From positions 1,408,001 to 1,472,000 of the forward strand of contig CBDBLO010000002.1 of assembly GCA_965207075.1 (NCBI GenBank): DNA of 64,000 nt, written 5' to 3'. A model generated the notes under the pieces. That model was given only the letters and a program-made list of their open reading frames with translations, was not told where the DNA came from and ran no database searches. Position 1 is the stretch's first letter; each line of letters starts with the position of its first letter. This document shows, one piece after another, positions 54,265 through 64,000 of this stretch. Source of the stretch: Nitrosopumilus sp. GTDB lineage: Archaea; Thermoproteota; Nitrososphaeria; Nitrososphaerales; Nitrosopumilaceae. The position numbers and the translations under genes were made by a program.

Positions 54265-57171
54265 TCATAACGCGCGCGTCCCTGCGCCCGGGCCGGCAAA
54301 CTCCCTTTTCATGCGCTCGCGCATGGCATCTGCAATTCTTATTCTCTCGATTGCCTGCGCGACGGTGCGCTCAGTGCCCGGCACGGGGTTTTTTGCAAAG
54401 AACCTGCGCACGTCGGGTATGTCCCCGCGCCCGCACACGTTTGCAAGCGAGGAGATCACCCTTCCGAGCAGCGGGTTCCCGTGGCCCACCTTTTTTGATA
54501 CGAGGGGCCAGTTCTTCCGGATCCACGCCCACAGCACACGGGATCCGTAGGGGTTCTCAGACACCCTCAGGATGGGCGCAAAAAAGTTCTGCGAGCGCAC
54601 CTCGCCGGACAGTGCGAACTTTAGGGTGCGCTCAAGCAGTACGGGGTCCCTGAACCCGCACATGGCCCCAAGGAAGCGCATCTTCTGCTCGGTGGTGTCT
54701 GCTGCCTTGTGCAGCGCCGCAAGCCTGCTGTGCATCTTCGCAGGCGTCTCACGCCTGCTGCCGCTGCCACCACGCCTGCCGCTGTTCCACGCCGCGACCG
54801 TGCAGACGGGATCCACCAGGTCGGGGTGAATCGCGCCCCGTGCGTGAGCCCCTCCGGACGCGGACAGCCCGTCATACATGTCCATGCACCTCTCAACCAC
54901 GCCCCGGTCGCCCAAGAGCCCCAGCGACGCAATGACGGGCCCGCGCAGGAGCGAGACCGTGTGCGGCTCGCCGCCGCGGACCTTCCAGCCCACCATGCCG
55001 TGCACCCGCCTGTAAAACTCAGCTGCGTGCCACCTTATCTCGCCGGCCGGCAGCGGGCTGTCAAACGACATCCGGAACAGCTTCGACAGGTTGAGCCCCA
55101 CGTCTGCAAGCACCACTGGGGCGTCCACGTTGCGGTACGCGTCGAGCAGCTCCAGGTAGTCCCGTATCGATGCGAGCCCCGACACACACATTGCAAAGAG
55201 GTCGTTTTGCAGGGCCCACAGATCGGGGGCCCCAAGGCGCCCCGAGTCGGCAAGCATGAGCATGTCAAGCATCATTGCGCCGTCGTACCGCACGCGGTAA
55301 AAGCCCGTCCGTCCCGGATTTGCAATTATCGCGCCGGTGGCGCCACGGCCCCTGCGGGGCGGCCTGCCCGCGGCGGCCTTTGCGGCCGCGCGCCTTGCAC
55401 CAAGCTTTGCGCCTGCCGCGTCCAGGTCAACGCGAATTGATCTCCTTGAGAACAGAACGGTCGACGCGGGGCGCCCGCCCGGCACATGGCGTAGCGAGAG
55501 CGGGATGGGCCACGCGTCGGGCGTCCCCGAGGAAGCGCTGGGCGGGGGCGCCGGCGCGGAACCGGATGACGACAGTGACAGCGGGCGCTTTCTGCCGGAA
55601 TATGAGACGTACCGCTCCTGACGCGCGTGCAGCTTTGAGCCGTTCCCCTTGAGCGAGAGGTGAACCACGGGAAACCCCGGAGTCGTCAGCCACGACCTTA
55701 TCATTCTCGACACCGGCTTGCCCGACTCGGCCTCGATGCACCTCCACAGGTCGGCCCCTTCTGCGTTGCCGTACTTGAATTTTCGGAGGTACAGCCTCAG
55801 GCCTTTTCTAAACGAGTCCACGCCCACGTACTGCTCAAGCATGCGCAGCACGCACCCCCCCTTGTCGTACGAGATGGGATCAAATATCTCGCGTATCTGG
55901 GAGGGCGACGCCACCTCCACGTCTATCGGGTGGGTCGATCTCATGGAGTCCAGGTCCATTCCCGTCCTCATGGCGTCGGTCAAAAACTGCCCCCACATGT
56001 CCCACTCCGGGTACATCCGGTCAAGGAGCTTTGTTGCCATAAAGGTCGCAAAGCTCTCGTTGAGCCACAGATCATTCCACCACTTCATGGTGACCAGGTT
56101 CCCGAACCACTGGTGGGCCAGCTCGTGCGAGATCACCTCGGCGACAAGCTGCTTTGTGCGCGTGGATGATTTTTTCGGGTCGTACAGCAGGAGGTTCTCC
56201 CTGAACGTTATGGCCCCCCAGTTCTCCATGGCGCCCGCCGCAAAGTCCGGCACCGCAATCAGGTCCAGCTTGGGCAGCGGATACGCAATGCCGAAGTACG
56301 ACTCGTAGAGCCCCAGCAGGGTTCTTGCGCACTTCAGGGCGAACCGCGCAAGCCTTCTGTCGACATGCTTTGTGGTAATGACGCGTATGATCGTGTCTCC
56401 GTCCTTCCCCTTCTTCTTCTTCTTCTTCCTCCCCCTCCCAGAACCGCCGGAGTCCTGCACGTATGCAAACTCGCCGACTCCCAGATAGACCAGGTATGTC
56501 GACATGGCCGGGGTGGCTGCAAAACAGAACGTGCGCCTTGCAGACAGCGGATCGCGCCTTACCTGGGATACTGGCATGTTTGACACCGCAGAGTATCTCG
56601 GGCCGGGTACCGTGATGCGTATCCCAAACGTGGCCTTTGCGGAGGGCACGTCCCAGCACGGGAACGCGCGCCTCGCGTCAGACGCCTCAAACTGTGTAGT
56701 GGCCATGTACGACGTCTTTTTGTCGCTGCCGCCGCCGGCACTGCTGCCACTAGATCTGCTCCGGTAAAAACCAAGCAACCGGTCATTCAGCACCCCATCA
56801 AACTCCAGGTCGATAATGACATGACTGCAGCCGGCGCGCTGTCTTCCTCTTCCCCCCACACTGCCGCCGTCCAGCACCACGCTGCGCGGCAGTCTTATCA
56901 CAAGCCGTTCTTTTTTCTCATTTGTCGACAGGGACGATCCCGGTATTTCTATCGGCTCGCCCGTATGAAGGCGTCCCCTTGCGCCCTTCTGCCGGACCAC
57001 GCGAACGCGGCATGAGCGCACGTCAATCTCCGCACAGTCCATCTCTATTGTACGGGCCGGGCCGCCGGGGCACTTCGCCCTGATCGAGGCCCTGCCGGAG
57101 AACACGGAATTCTCAAGGTCCGGTTCAAACTCCAGGTCGTAATGCAGGGGCTCAAAATCGCAATAACCCAT
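54265..57171 (-). CDS. M1 family aminopeptidase (PepN/tricorn-interacting factor-like)
   Basis: TQFE..DARRAFPCWD, GAMENWG, HELAHQWFGNLVT..WW..LWLNE, YDKG. Confidence 0.95.
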   Translation of the reverse strand: MGYCDFEPLHYDLEFEPDLENSVFSGRASIRAKCPGGPARTIEMDCAEIDVRSCRVRVVRQKGARGRLHTGEPIEIPGSSLSTNEKKERLVIRLPRSVVLDGGSVGGRGRQRAGCSHVIIDLEFDGVLNDRLLGFYRSRSSGSSAGGGSDKKTSYMATTQFEASDARRAFPCWDVPSAKATFGIRITVPGPRYSAVSNMPVSQVRRDPLSARRTFCFAATPAMSTYLVYLGVGEFAYVQDSGGSGRGRKKKKKKGKDGDTIIRVITTKHVDRRLARFALKCARTLLGLYESYFGIAYPLPKLDLIAVPDFAAGAMENWGAITFRENLLLYDPKKSSTRTKQLVAEVISHELAHQWFGNLVTMKWWNDLWLNESFATFMATKLLDRMYPEWDMWGQFLTDAMRTGMDLDSMRSTHPIDVEVASPSQIREIFDPISYDKGGCVLRMLEQYVGVDSFRKGLRLYLRKFKYGNAEGADLWRCIEAESGKPVSRMIRSWLTTPGFPVVHLSLKGNGSKLHARQERYVSYSGRKRPLSLSSSGSAPAPPPSASSGTPDAWPIPLSLRHVPGGRPASTVLFSRRSIRVDLDAAGAKLGARRAAAKAAAGRPPRRGRGATGAIIANPGRTGFYRVRYDGAMMLDMLMLADSGRLGAPDLWALQNDLFAMCVSGLASIRDYLELLDAYRNVDAPVVLADVGLNLSKLFRMSFDSPLPAGEIRWHAAEFYRRVHGMVGWKVRGGEPHTVSLLRGPVIASLGLLGDRGVVERCMDMYDGLSASGGAHARGAIHPDLVDPVCTVAAWNSGRRGGSGSRRETPAKMHSRLAALHKAADTTEQKMRFLGAMCGFRDPVLLERTLKFALSGEVRSQNFFAPILRVSENPYGSRVLWAWIRKNWPLVSKKVGHGNPLLGRVISSLANVCGRGDIPDVRRFFAKNPVPGTERTVAQAIERIRIADAMRERMKREFAGPGAGTRAL

Positions 57172-57450
57172 GACGACGGACGCCGGGGCGGCCTTAAGTA
57201 GATTTCAGAACGGCCGGGGCGGCAGCGCAAGAGGCGGCAGGCAGGCGTGCGGCGCCAGGATAAATTGCGCCTGCAAGTCGCCCCCCCCCCTCTTTTTGTT
57301 GTCATTGCCACAAATCGGCCGCGGCCGCGGCTGCGTCCGCGCCGTTATCGTGGTTGTCACCTGCACGCTTTGCGCCGGACGCCTTTTTGCGCCGGTTCTG
57401 CCAAGGCCGGCAGCGTAGACTTTAAAATGGCATTGCGCGCAGTACAGCGC

Positions 57451-57876
57451 ATGAGCAGGCAGAAGACCGCTACTAGAAGCGTAAAGGTCCTCGTGGCAAA
57501 GCTGGGCCTCGACGGGCATGACCGGGGGGCCTTGGTGCTCTGCAGGGCCTTTAGGGACGCCGGGATGGAGGTCATCTATTCGGGACTCTTTGCGACCCCG
57601 AAGAGGATTGCGCAGATTGCAGAGGACGAGGACGTGGATGCAGTGGCCATGAGCCTGCTCAACGGGGCGCACGGGACGCTGTTTCCAAGGGTCGTAAAGG
57701 AGATGCGGAAAAAGGGCATGGACGACGTGCTGATTGTCGGGGGTGGTGTGATTCCAGAGGCGGATCATGCGTACCTCGTAAAGTCAGGGGTGGACCACGT
57801 GTTTGGTCCGGGAACGCCGCTGCCGGCCATCATAAGCCACATCAACACCGGCGTTGCCAAGCTGCGGGAACTCTGA
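57451..57876 (+). CDS. Methylmalonyl-CoA mutase cobalamin-binding small subunit
   Basis: AKLGLDGHDRGA, S.L.GAH, GGVIP, FGPGT. TTTAAA at 57421. Confidence 0.93.
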   Translation: MSRQKTATRSVKVLVAKLGLDGHDRGALVLCRAFRDAGMEVIYSGLFATPKRIAQIAEDEDVDAVAMSLLNGAHGTLFPRVVKEMRKKGMDDVLIVGGGVIPEADHAYLVKSGVDHVFGPGTPLPAIISHINTGVAKLREL

Positions 57877-57973
57877 GAGGCGGCTGCCGCCGGCAGGCAG
57901 GCGCGTAAAAAAAAAGTCACGGACGTCAAAAATTCATGCTTTGTGCGCGGCGTTGCTAGTACGCGCCTTTCCA

Positions 57974-58972
57974 TCACTCGGTGGAATCAGGCCACATCAT
58001 CTTGCGCATCCTCTTTCCAACCTGCTCTATCTGGTGCTCGTCATATTTTTGCATGTGCGACTCGAACGCGTCCTTGCCGCTCTTCTCGTACTCGGACACC
58101 CACTCGCGGTTGAACGTGCCGTCCTGGATCATGTCCAGGACCTTTTTCATACGCTCCTTTGTGGAGTCGTCCATTACGAGCGGCCCGCGGGTCAGCCCGC
58201 CGTACCTCGCAGTCTCGCTTACGCGCCTCCACATGCCGTTTATCCCGTACCGCTGTATCATGTCCACGATCAGCTTCAGCTCGTGGAGCACCTCAAAGTA
58301 GGCAATCTCAGGCTGGTATCCCGCATCCACAAGCGTCTCAAACGCGTTTGTCACCATAGACGCGGCCCCGCCGCACAGGTCGGCCTGCTCCCCAAACCAG
58401 TCAGTCTCCACCTCCTCCTTGAAGGTGGTCTTGATCAGCCCGGCCCTTGCGCTGCCTATCGCCTTTGCCATTCCAAGCGTCCGGTCCCACGCGGTCCCGG
58501 TATGATCCTGCTCGACTGCGACTATGGACGGCGTGCCGAACCCTTCCAGGTACGTCTCCCTGACCTTGGAGCCCGGTCCCTTGGGCGCCACCATGATCAG
58601 GTCGACGTCGGAGGGGGGATCTATCCACTTCCAGTATATCGCGGCGGCATGTGAGAACGAGAGCGCGTTGCCGGCAGACAGGTTGGGCCCAATCTCCGAG
58701 CGGTACACGGAGGCCTGCATCATGTCCGGGATCAGCACGTGTACGATGTCGGCCCTCTTGACGGCCTCGCTCACAGAAAGCACCGCGTGCCCGTCGGACT
58801 CGGCCTTTGCCCAGCTGGAGCCGCCCTCCCTGAGGCCAACTACCACGTCAAGCCCGGAGTCCTTCATGTTGTTTGCCTGCGCGTCGCCCTGTATGCCGTA
58901 CCCGATGACGGCCACGGTCTGGGTCCTGACGGGATCCAGGCTTATCTCGTCGTCCTTCCACGTCTGGGCCAT
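57974..58972 (-). CDS. ilvC: Ketol-acid reductoisomerase
   Basis: VAVIGYG.QG, MVAPKGPG, EEVETD.FGEQ.LCGG, AYFE.LHELKLIVD, SETA.YG. Confidence 0.96.
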   Translation of the reverse strand: MAQTWKDDEISLDPVRTQTVAVIGYGIQGDAQANNMKDSGLDVVVGLREGGSSWAKAESDGHAVLSVSEAVKRADIVHVLIPDMMQASVYRSEIGPNLSAGNALSFSHAAAIYWKWIDPPSDVDLIMVAPKGPGSKVRETYLEGFGTPSIVAVEQDHTGTAWDRTLGMAKAIGSARAGLIKTTFKEEVETDWFGEQADLCGGAASMVTNAFETLVDAGYQPEIAYFEVLHELKLIVDMIQRYGINGMWRRVSETARYGGLTRGPLVMDDSTKERMKKVLDMIQDGTFNREWVSEYEKSGKDAFESHMQKYDEHQIEQVGKRMRKMMWPDSTE

Positions 58973-59187
58973 GCGGTGCGGACTGGCGAAGTTAATATTA
59001 ATCAACCACCGCGCTCAGAACCCCGAGACGCTGCCGCAGTTGCGGCACCTGAGGGCCATCGTCCCGGGCCCTGCGGGGCGCTTGCCGTCCTCTTGGGCCG
59101 GATGCCGCGGGGCGTCGCCGCGCGCAACCCTGGCAAACTTTTTTCCGCCGCATTCCGGGCACACGGGGCATGCGCGTACCGGGCCCG

Positions 59188-59718
59188 TCAATGCTCGGTC
59201 GGCCTCGTGTCAGAGTCGAAAATGGCCGCAAGCCGGCGCCTGGCGTCCATGTCGACCAGGCGCCTGCGCACCGCGTCCGGCACCAGATCCTCCCACCGGC
59301 CCCCGGAGCGTATCAGGTGCCTTATCGCGCTCGCATTGTATCTGGGACGGTCAACAAAGTCCGGCGTGACCACGTCGATGCCCAGATCAGACAGCAGCAT
59401 TGCGACATACGGGTTGCCGCTGTACGCGCGCCCGAACCCCGGCAGGGTGGCCCTCAGGTATCCCCCCCAGGTGGCGATGTTAAACTGGTTCTCAATTGCG
59501 GTCACAAAGCACCTTGACATGTCCGCGCCCGACTCGACAAGCGAGTCGTGGATCATCTCAATCCGCTCGCCTGCGGTAAACGGATCCTTTTCCATATAGT
59601 TGAACTGGGCGCTTGTAACCGCCACGACCAGCCCGTCGCACTCGGACAGGACCTGCCTTGCCAGCGCAAGGTGTCCCAGATGAAACGGCTGAAAACGCCC
59701 CATCACAAGCCCGCGCAT
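59188..59718 (-). CDS. nadM: Nicotinamide-nucleotide adenylyltransferase
   Basis: GRFQPFHLGH, PFTAGERIEMI, W..LVP. Confidence 0.9.
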   Translation of the reverse strand: MRGLVMGRFQPFHLGHLALARQVLSECDGLVVAVTSAQFNYMEKDPFTAGERIEMIHDSLVESGADMSRCFVTAIENQFNIATWGGYLRATLPGFGRAYSGNPYVAMLLSDLGIDVVTPDFVDRPRYNASAIRHLIRSGGRWEDLVPDAVRRRLVDMDARRRLAAIFDSDTRPTEH

Positions 59719-59838
59719 GGTAGTGGTTGGATGCGGGCGCTATTAAGTCGCGAGCTGTCGCCCCAAGCGCCGGACAGTTCGGCAGGCAGGATCCAGGGGC
59801 CGTCTTTGCCGCCGCAGGGCAGGCGGGCAGACGCGGTC

Positions 59839-60081
59839 TTACGGCCTGCCGTCGCCGGAGTCGTCGTCGGCGCCACCGAGGTCTCTGGGTTCCGTGCCGT
59901 CACTGCGGGCGCCGCCCGCGGCGTCGGCAGAATCGTCGCCGTCGCCGTACAAGAATCTCGACTCCCCTGACTCCTGCAAGAGCCTTTCACGGCGCCTCCG
60001 TATATACAGAAACACGCCGCATGCAAGCATGGCGCTAAGCAGTATGATTCCCGCCATCTGCAGCTCAAAATGATACAGCAT
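59839..60081 (-). CDS. Small single-TM hypothetical protein
   Basis: Hydrophobic helix followed by RRRRER and an acidic tail. Confidence 0.45.
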   Translation of the reverse strand: MLYHFELQMAGIILLSAMLACGVFLYIRRRRERLLQESGESRFLYGDGDDSADAAGGARSDGTEPRDLGGADDDSGDGRP

Positions 60082-60418
60082 ACACTGCCACCGCAAACAG
60101 CGCTCAAAAGCGTTATGCGCCCCACATGGCGCAACGCGGAGCCCCGGAATGGCGGCCGGCGGCCGCTCTGGCGCCCTGACCCGGCTGTAACCGGCGGCCC
60201 GGCTGCCTAGAACGCGCGGGGGCACCCCGCGCAGGTTGCAGCGGCGACACCTCTTGCTGCTGCTGCTGCCACCACTGCTGCTGCTGCTGCTGCTGCCGCC
60301 GCCGCCACCGCGGCACTCCCAGACGCCCCCGCGTGGGCTCTGGTCGCGGAACACGCCGGCCCGGGGCCCGTGCGCCCGCAGCTAGAATAATAATATACGG
60401 CGTGGCAGCACCCATGGC

Positions 60419-61522
60419 ATGATAGGCGCGTCAGAGATGTCCAGCGTGGCAGACGCATACGACGCCGGCGACATCAGGATATGCGTGCTTGGGAGCCACT
60501 CGGCGCTGGAAATAATGGACGGCGCAAAGGACGAGGGATTCAAGACCACCGTATACTGCCAGAGGGGCAGGGAGGCGCCATACAAGAGGTTCGGGAGGAT
60601 CGCCGACGAGGTCGTGGTGGTAGACGAGTTCGGCCACATGCTGTCAGGGGAGCACCAGCAGAAGATGCTGGAGGAGAACACCGTAATCATACCGCACAGG
60701 TCGCTTACTGCGTACCTCGGGTACGGCGCCATAGAGAACGACTTGCGGGTGCCGATATTTGGCAACAGGTCCCTCTTTGCAGCAGAGGAGAGGAACGCAG
60801 CAAGGGGGCAGTACTACCTGCTTGAAAAGGCGGGGATCAGGTACCCGAAGGTCATACAGGATCCCGCCGACATAGCAGGGCCGTGCATCGTAAAGGTGCA
60901 GGAAAAGGACAGGCCGCTGGAGCGCGCGTTCTTTACGGTATCATCATACGCGGACTATGAGGAAAAATCCAGCGCCAAGGTATCTGGCGGCACCGTATCA
61001 GAAGCGGGACTGGCAGAGGCAAGCATAGAGGAGCTGGCGATCGGCACGTACATGAACTTTAACTATTTCCACACCCCGATATCAGACCAGGTCGACTTTA
61101 TAGGGATAGAGAGGAGGCTACAGACCGACATACACGACTACAACGCCCTGCCCGCCGAGCAGCAGATCGACATGGGAATGGCCGGAAGCCTCCAGAACAT
61201 AGAGGTCGGGCACACGCCTGCAAGCATACGCGAGTCGCTGCTAGAAAAGGTGCTTGCCATGGGCGACATGTTCGTGGAGGCGGTCAAAAAGGAATACAGT
61301 CCCGGAGTGATAGGGCCGTTCTCGCTTCAGAGCGTGATAACAAAGGATCTGGAGATGGTAGTGTACGACGTGTCGCTGCGCGTCCCCGGCAACCCCATAG
61401 TGGCCACCACCAGCCCCTATACAAAGTACCAGTACGGCCAGACGTTCGGCGTCGGGAGAAGGATAGCCATGGAGATCAGGCGCGCCGCAAACGACAGCAG
61501 GCTCGGGGACATAGTCACCTGA
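60419..61522 (+). CDS. purP: PurP-family ATP-grasp ligase (FAICAR synthase-like)
   Basis: LGSHSALEI.DGAKDEGF.T, FGNR, GH.PAS.RESLL, IGPF.LQ, GRRIA.EI. Confidence 0.9.
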   Translation: MIGASEMSSVADAYDAGDIRICVLGSHSALEIMDGAKDEGFKTTVYCQRGREAPYKRFGRIADEVVVVDEFGHMLSGEHQQKMLEENTVIIPHRSLTAYLGYGAIENDLRVPIFGNRSLFAAEERNAARGQYYLLEKAGIRYPKVIQDPADIAGPCIVKVQEKDRPLERAFFTVSSYADYEEKSSAKVSGGTVSEAGLAEASIEELAIGTYMNFNYFHTPISDQVDFIGIERRLQTDIHDYNALPAEQQIDMGMAGSLQNIEVGHTPASIRESLLEKVLAMGDMFVEAVKKEYSPGVIGPFSLQSVITKDLEMVVYDVSLRVPGNPIVATTSPYTKYQYGQTFGVGRRIAMEIRRAANDSRLGDIVT

Positions 61523-61792
61523 CGGCGGGCGCGTGCCCCTCCTCCTCTTCCCCCCCCCCCCCACCATCGCGCAAGCACAAATAATAACGCAGCAGCGCCC
61601 ACAGTACAAGGGCCGCCGATGATTAACTGCGACAAGACACTGCTCTGACCCTGTGATGAGTTTGCCGAATTATGAGGTGCCAGTCATTTACGCCCGCACC
61701 GCCCGCACCGCCCGCATGCGCACTCACACAGTCACGTGCACGTACAAAATGATCAAAATAAATCTAAATAACACTGATGTAAACGGATACCT

Positions 61793-61915
61793 GTGGAAGA
61801 AACCGGCACCGGGTGCGAGCACTGCAGCGGCGCAATCACAGAGTACTACAACCGCAGGTATTCGGGCATGCGCGGCAAGTGCATGCACTGCATGATGGAC
61901 TTTCCGCTGGAGTGA
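61793..61915 (+). CDS. 40-aa zinc-ribbon microprotein (not in ORF track)
   Basis: Hand translation MEETGTGCEHCSGAITEYYNRRYSGMRGKCMHCMMDFPLE. Stop is 3 nt before the cyclase start. Confidence 0.7.
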   Translation: MEETGTGCEHCSGAITEYYNRRYSGMRGKCMHCMMDFPLE

Positions 61916-61918
61916 GAA

Positions 61919-62893
61919 TTGGCAGGGCAGTCAGATACGGAACCTGCGGCGGCGGCGAGGGAATCGACAAAGGAGCTCACCACGTCAAGCATTCTCGGCA
62001 GCAGCAGCAGCGGCGGCGGCAACGACGACACGGCCGGGGCCGCGGACGATGCAAACCACGCCGGCAAGGACGCGCCAGAGGCGCGTGGGGGTAGCGGCAG
62101 CACCGCGTCGGTAGTCGACATGCTGATGGGCAAGACCGCAGAAAGGACGCTTGACTTTGATACCATGATACAAGATACGCAGATACGCGTCTGGAAATCC
62201 CTCAAGAAGGGCTACGAGTACGAAAGTATCGAGGACGAGTCGGACCTATACCTGCGCAAGAACGTCCTCAAGCACATCGAGATGGCAGTAATGTACGTGG
62301 ACCTGGTAGGATCCACCCAGATGGCGCTGGAGATCTCCCCCGAAAAGGTCGCCATAATAATGAGCTCGTTTGCGCAGGAGATGGCATATGTAATAAAACA
62401 GTACAACGGATACGTGCTAAAGTTCGTTGGAGACGCAGTGATAGGATACTTTGTGGCAGAGGCAAACCAGCTGCTGACGGCCGACAACGCGGTCAACTGC
62501 GCAAGATCCATGATATCGGTCATACGCGACGGCATAAACCCCATACTGGATCAGTACGACTATCCCGAGCTAAAGGCAAAGATCGGGATCGACAGCGGCC
62601 AGAGCATAGTGGTCAGGTACGGCTCGGACGCCAAGACGTCCCACGTGGACCTGATAGGGCCGGTGATGAACATTGCGGCCAAGATCCAGAACAAGGCGGC
62701 CGCCAACCACGTATTGATAGGATCCGACGTTTACGACAGGCTGCATCCTGAGACAAAGAAGATGTGCAGCCTGATGAAGTGGGACATGGACGAGTGGTCG
62801 TACCGCTCGCGCAAGTCAGGCGGGATCTATTCGGTATACGAGGTGAGTCTCATCGACAGGCGATCCAAGAGCACCGGCCATCCGCAGGAATGA
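61919..62893 (+). CDS. Class III adenylate/guanylate cyclase-domain protein
   Basis: VMYVDLVGST, LKFVGDAV, KIGIDSG, VDLIG..MNIAAKIQ. Confidence 0.92.
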   Translation: MAGQSDTEPAAAARESTKELTTSSILGSSSSGGGNDDTAGAADDANHAGKDAPEARGGSGSTASVVDMLMGKTAERTLDFDTMIQDTQIRVWKSLKKGYEYESIEDESDLYLRKNVLKHIEMAVMYVDLVGSTQMALEISPEKVAIIMSSFAQEMAYVIKQYNGYVLKFVGDAVIGYFVAEANQLLTADNAVNCARSMISVIRDGINPILDQYDYPELKAKIGIDSGQSIVVRYGSDAKTSHVDLIGPVMNIAAKIQNKAAANHVLIGSDVYDRLHPETKKMCSLMKWDMDEWSYRSRKSGGIYSVYEVSLIDRRSKSTGHPQE

Positions 62894-62925
62894 CCGCCGC
62901 GTGCACGCCGCTGACGGCGTGCGGC

Positions 62926-63069
62926 CTAGACGGTAAACCTGTCGGGACACTCAACATGCTCATAGTGGTGTTCAGTGAACCTCTCGCGGACCACGTATAT
63001 GACGATCTTGTGAAGCTCGGACGCGTCTATGGACATTCTGCACTTGCGGCAGGTCATGTTGGACTCCAT
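62926..63069 (-). CDS. 47-aa Cys/His microprotein (not in ORF track)
   Basis: Hand translation MESNMTCRKCRMSIDASELHKIVIYVVRERFTEHHYEHVECPDRFTV (CxxC...HxxC). Confidence 0.7.
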   Translation of the reverse strand: MESNMTCRKCRMSIDASELHKIVIYVVRERFTEHHYEHVECPDRFTV

Positions 63070-63279
63070 CTGCAAATATGATGCGAGTGATAAAAGTATA
63101 AAGATCGATGATCAAGCGATCTTGAGCCGAGATCACAAAAAAATAACAAATCCATGCCTGTGGCAAGAAAATTTACATCACAAGTGCACATTTTATACAG
63201 ATCGCAGTCACACCGCCGCCAACGGTCCCGGCCGGCCAGCCAGCCTAAGACAAAAATATGCGGCATGCGGGGGAAGGGC

Positions 63280-63729
63280 ATGTACGGAGCGGATATGTTC
63301 AGGCGCGCATACGACCCATACTGGCCCGACATGCGCGCGCCGCTTCCGCCCGCCGCCCTGCCCCCGGGCATGACGCCGCCAGAACCGCTGGGCAGGCCCA
63401 TCAGGATGCCGGGGCCGGATCCCGGTGCGGCGGCAATGGCAGAAAGGAACAGGACGCCCGGTGCAGAGACGGCCGCCCACCTGCAGGCCAGGGAGGCAGT
63501 AGAGGGGCTCAAGAGAATGTTTGTCGCAAAGGCGTCAGGCCTGCTTTCCACGGGAGTGCTGCCGATACCGCCCGGACACCCGCTGTATGACGGGCATCGG
63601 GCAATCGCCGCGCTAGAGGCCGAGCGCGACGGCCTTCTAAAAGAGAACGCCGACCTCAAAAGGCGCCTTGAAAAGCACGAGGCAGACAGCGGACACGGGC
63701 TGCCCCAGCAGCAACAGCAACAGCAATAG
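63280..63729 (+). CDS. Pro-rich hypothetical protein with a C-terminal coiled coil and poly-Gln
   Basis: IPPGHPLY motif followed by heptads LEAERDGLLKENADLKRRL. Confidence 0.6.
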   Translation: MYGADMFRRAYDPYWPDMRAPLPPAALPPGMTPPEPLGRPIRMPGPDPGAAAMAERNRTPGAETAAHLQAREAVEGLKRMFVAKASGLLSTGVLPIPPGHPLYDGHRAIAALEAERDGLLKENADLKRRLEKHEADSGHGLPQQQQQQQ

Positions 63730-63882
63730 CGGCAGCAATAACAGCAGCAGCAATAACAGTAACAACAACGGGTCGCGGCAGATTCCCACTACCGCAAGGC
63801 CCGATCACCCATACAATGTCGCTTGCAGGCAGCCCGCCTACCGCGCAGCATGCCGAGGCCGTTCAGCATAGGCCGCGGCCGC

Positions 63883-64000
63883 TCATGCAGGAGTGAATCC
63901 CTGGTATCCACCCGTCTGCTCGGCCTTGTCTTCAAAGTTGGGCTCAAACAGGGATATCAGATAGTCGTCCGGATCCCGGATCACCGCGTTCTTGCCGGCG
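63883..64000 (-). CDS. 3' end of a probable VOC/glyoxalase family protein (truncated by the window)
   Basis: Hand translation ...GKNAVIRDPDDYLISLFEPNFEDKAEQTGGYQGFTPA*, matching the G..A.I.DPD...I.L.E VOC pattern. Confidence 0.65.
   Translation of the reverse strand, partial: AGKNAVIRDPDDYLISLFEPNFEDKAEQTGGYQGFTPA

Overview
Chromosomal window from a high-GC ammonia-oxidising archaeon (Nitrososphaerota/Thaumarchaeota, Nitrosopumilaceae-like). The assignment rests on the archaeal 16S-23S operon with no spacer tRNA beside hemL, plus PEFG-CTERM, CdvA, PurP, Nre and Fen1 genes. A Cenarchaeum-like host-associated lifestyle is only inferred. The left third (~1-22 kb) looks accessory. It holds a tandem Cache-domain array protein, tRNA-Asn, a hydantoinase-family gene, a PEFG-anchored protein plus FTR1 iron-uptake pair, a double LivK-type binding protein, three paralogous small membrane proteins, a low-GC Fic gene and three copies of a 28-bp palindrome. 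The middle carries a polyhydroxyalkanoate locus: phaC, phaE, candidate phaP and phaR, an alpha/beta hydrolase and a basic-tailed protein. The right half is mostly housekeeping: rRNA, hemL, tRNA-Ser, fen, acs, cdvA, an M1 peptidase, the mutase B12 subunit, ilvC, nadM, purP and a class III cyclase. I found no CRISPR array, transposase or integrase. The best leads are the extended PHA granule locus, the 11-6-11 palindrome family, the mosaic Cache array and a C-terminal [VI]CR-stop shared by two surface ligand-binding proteins. All family calls come from motif recognition by eye, with no database search, and several start codons are estimates.
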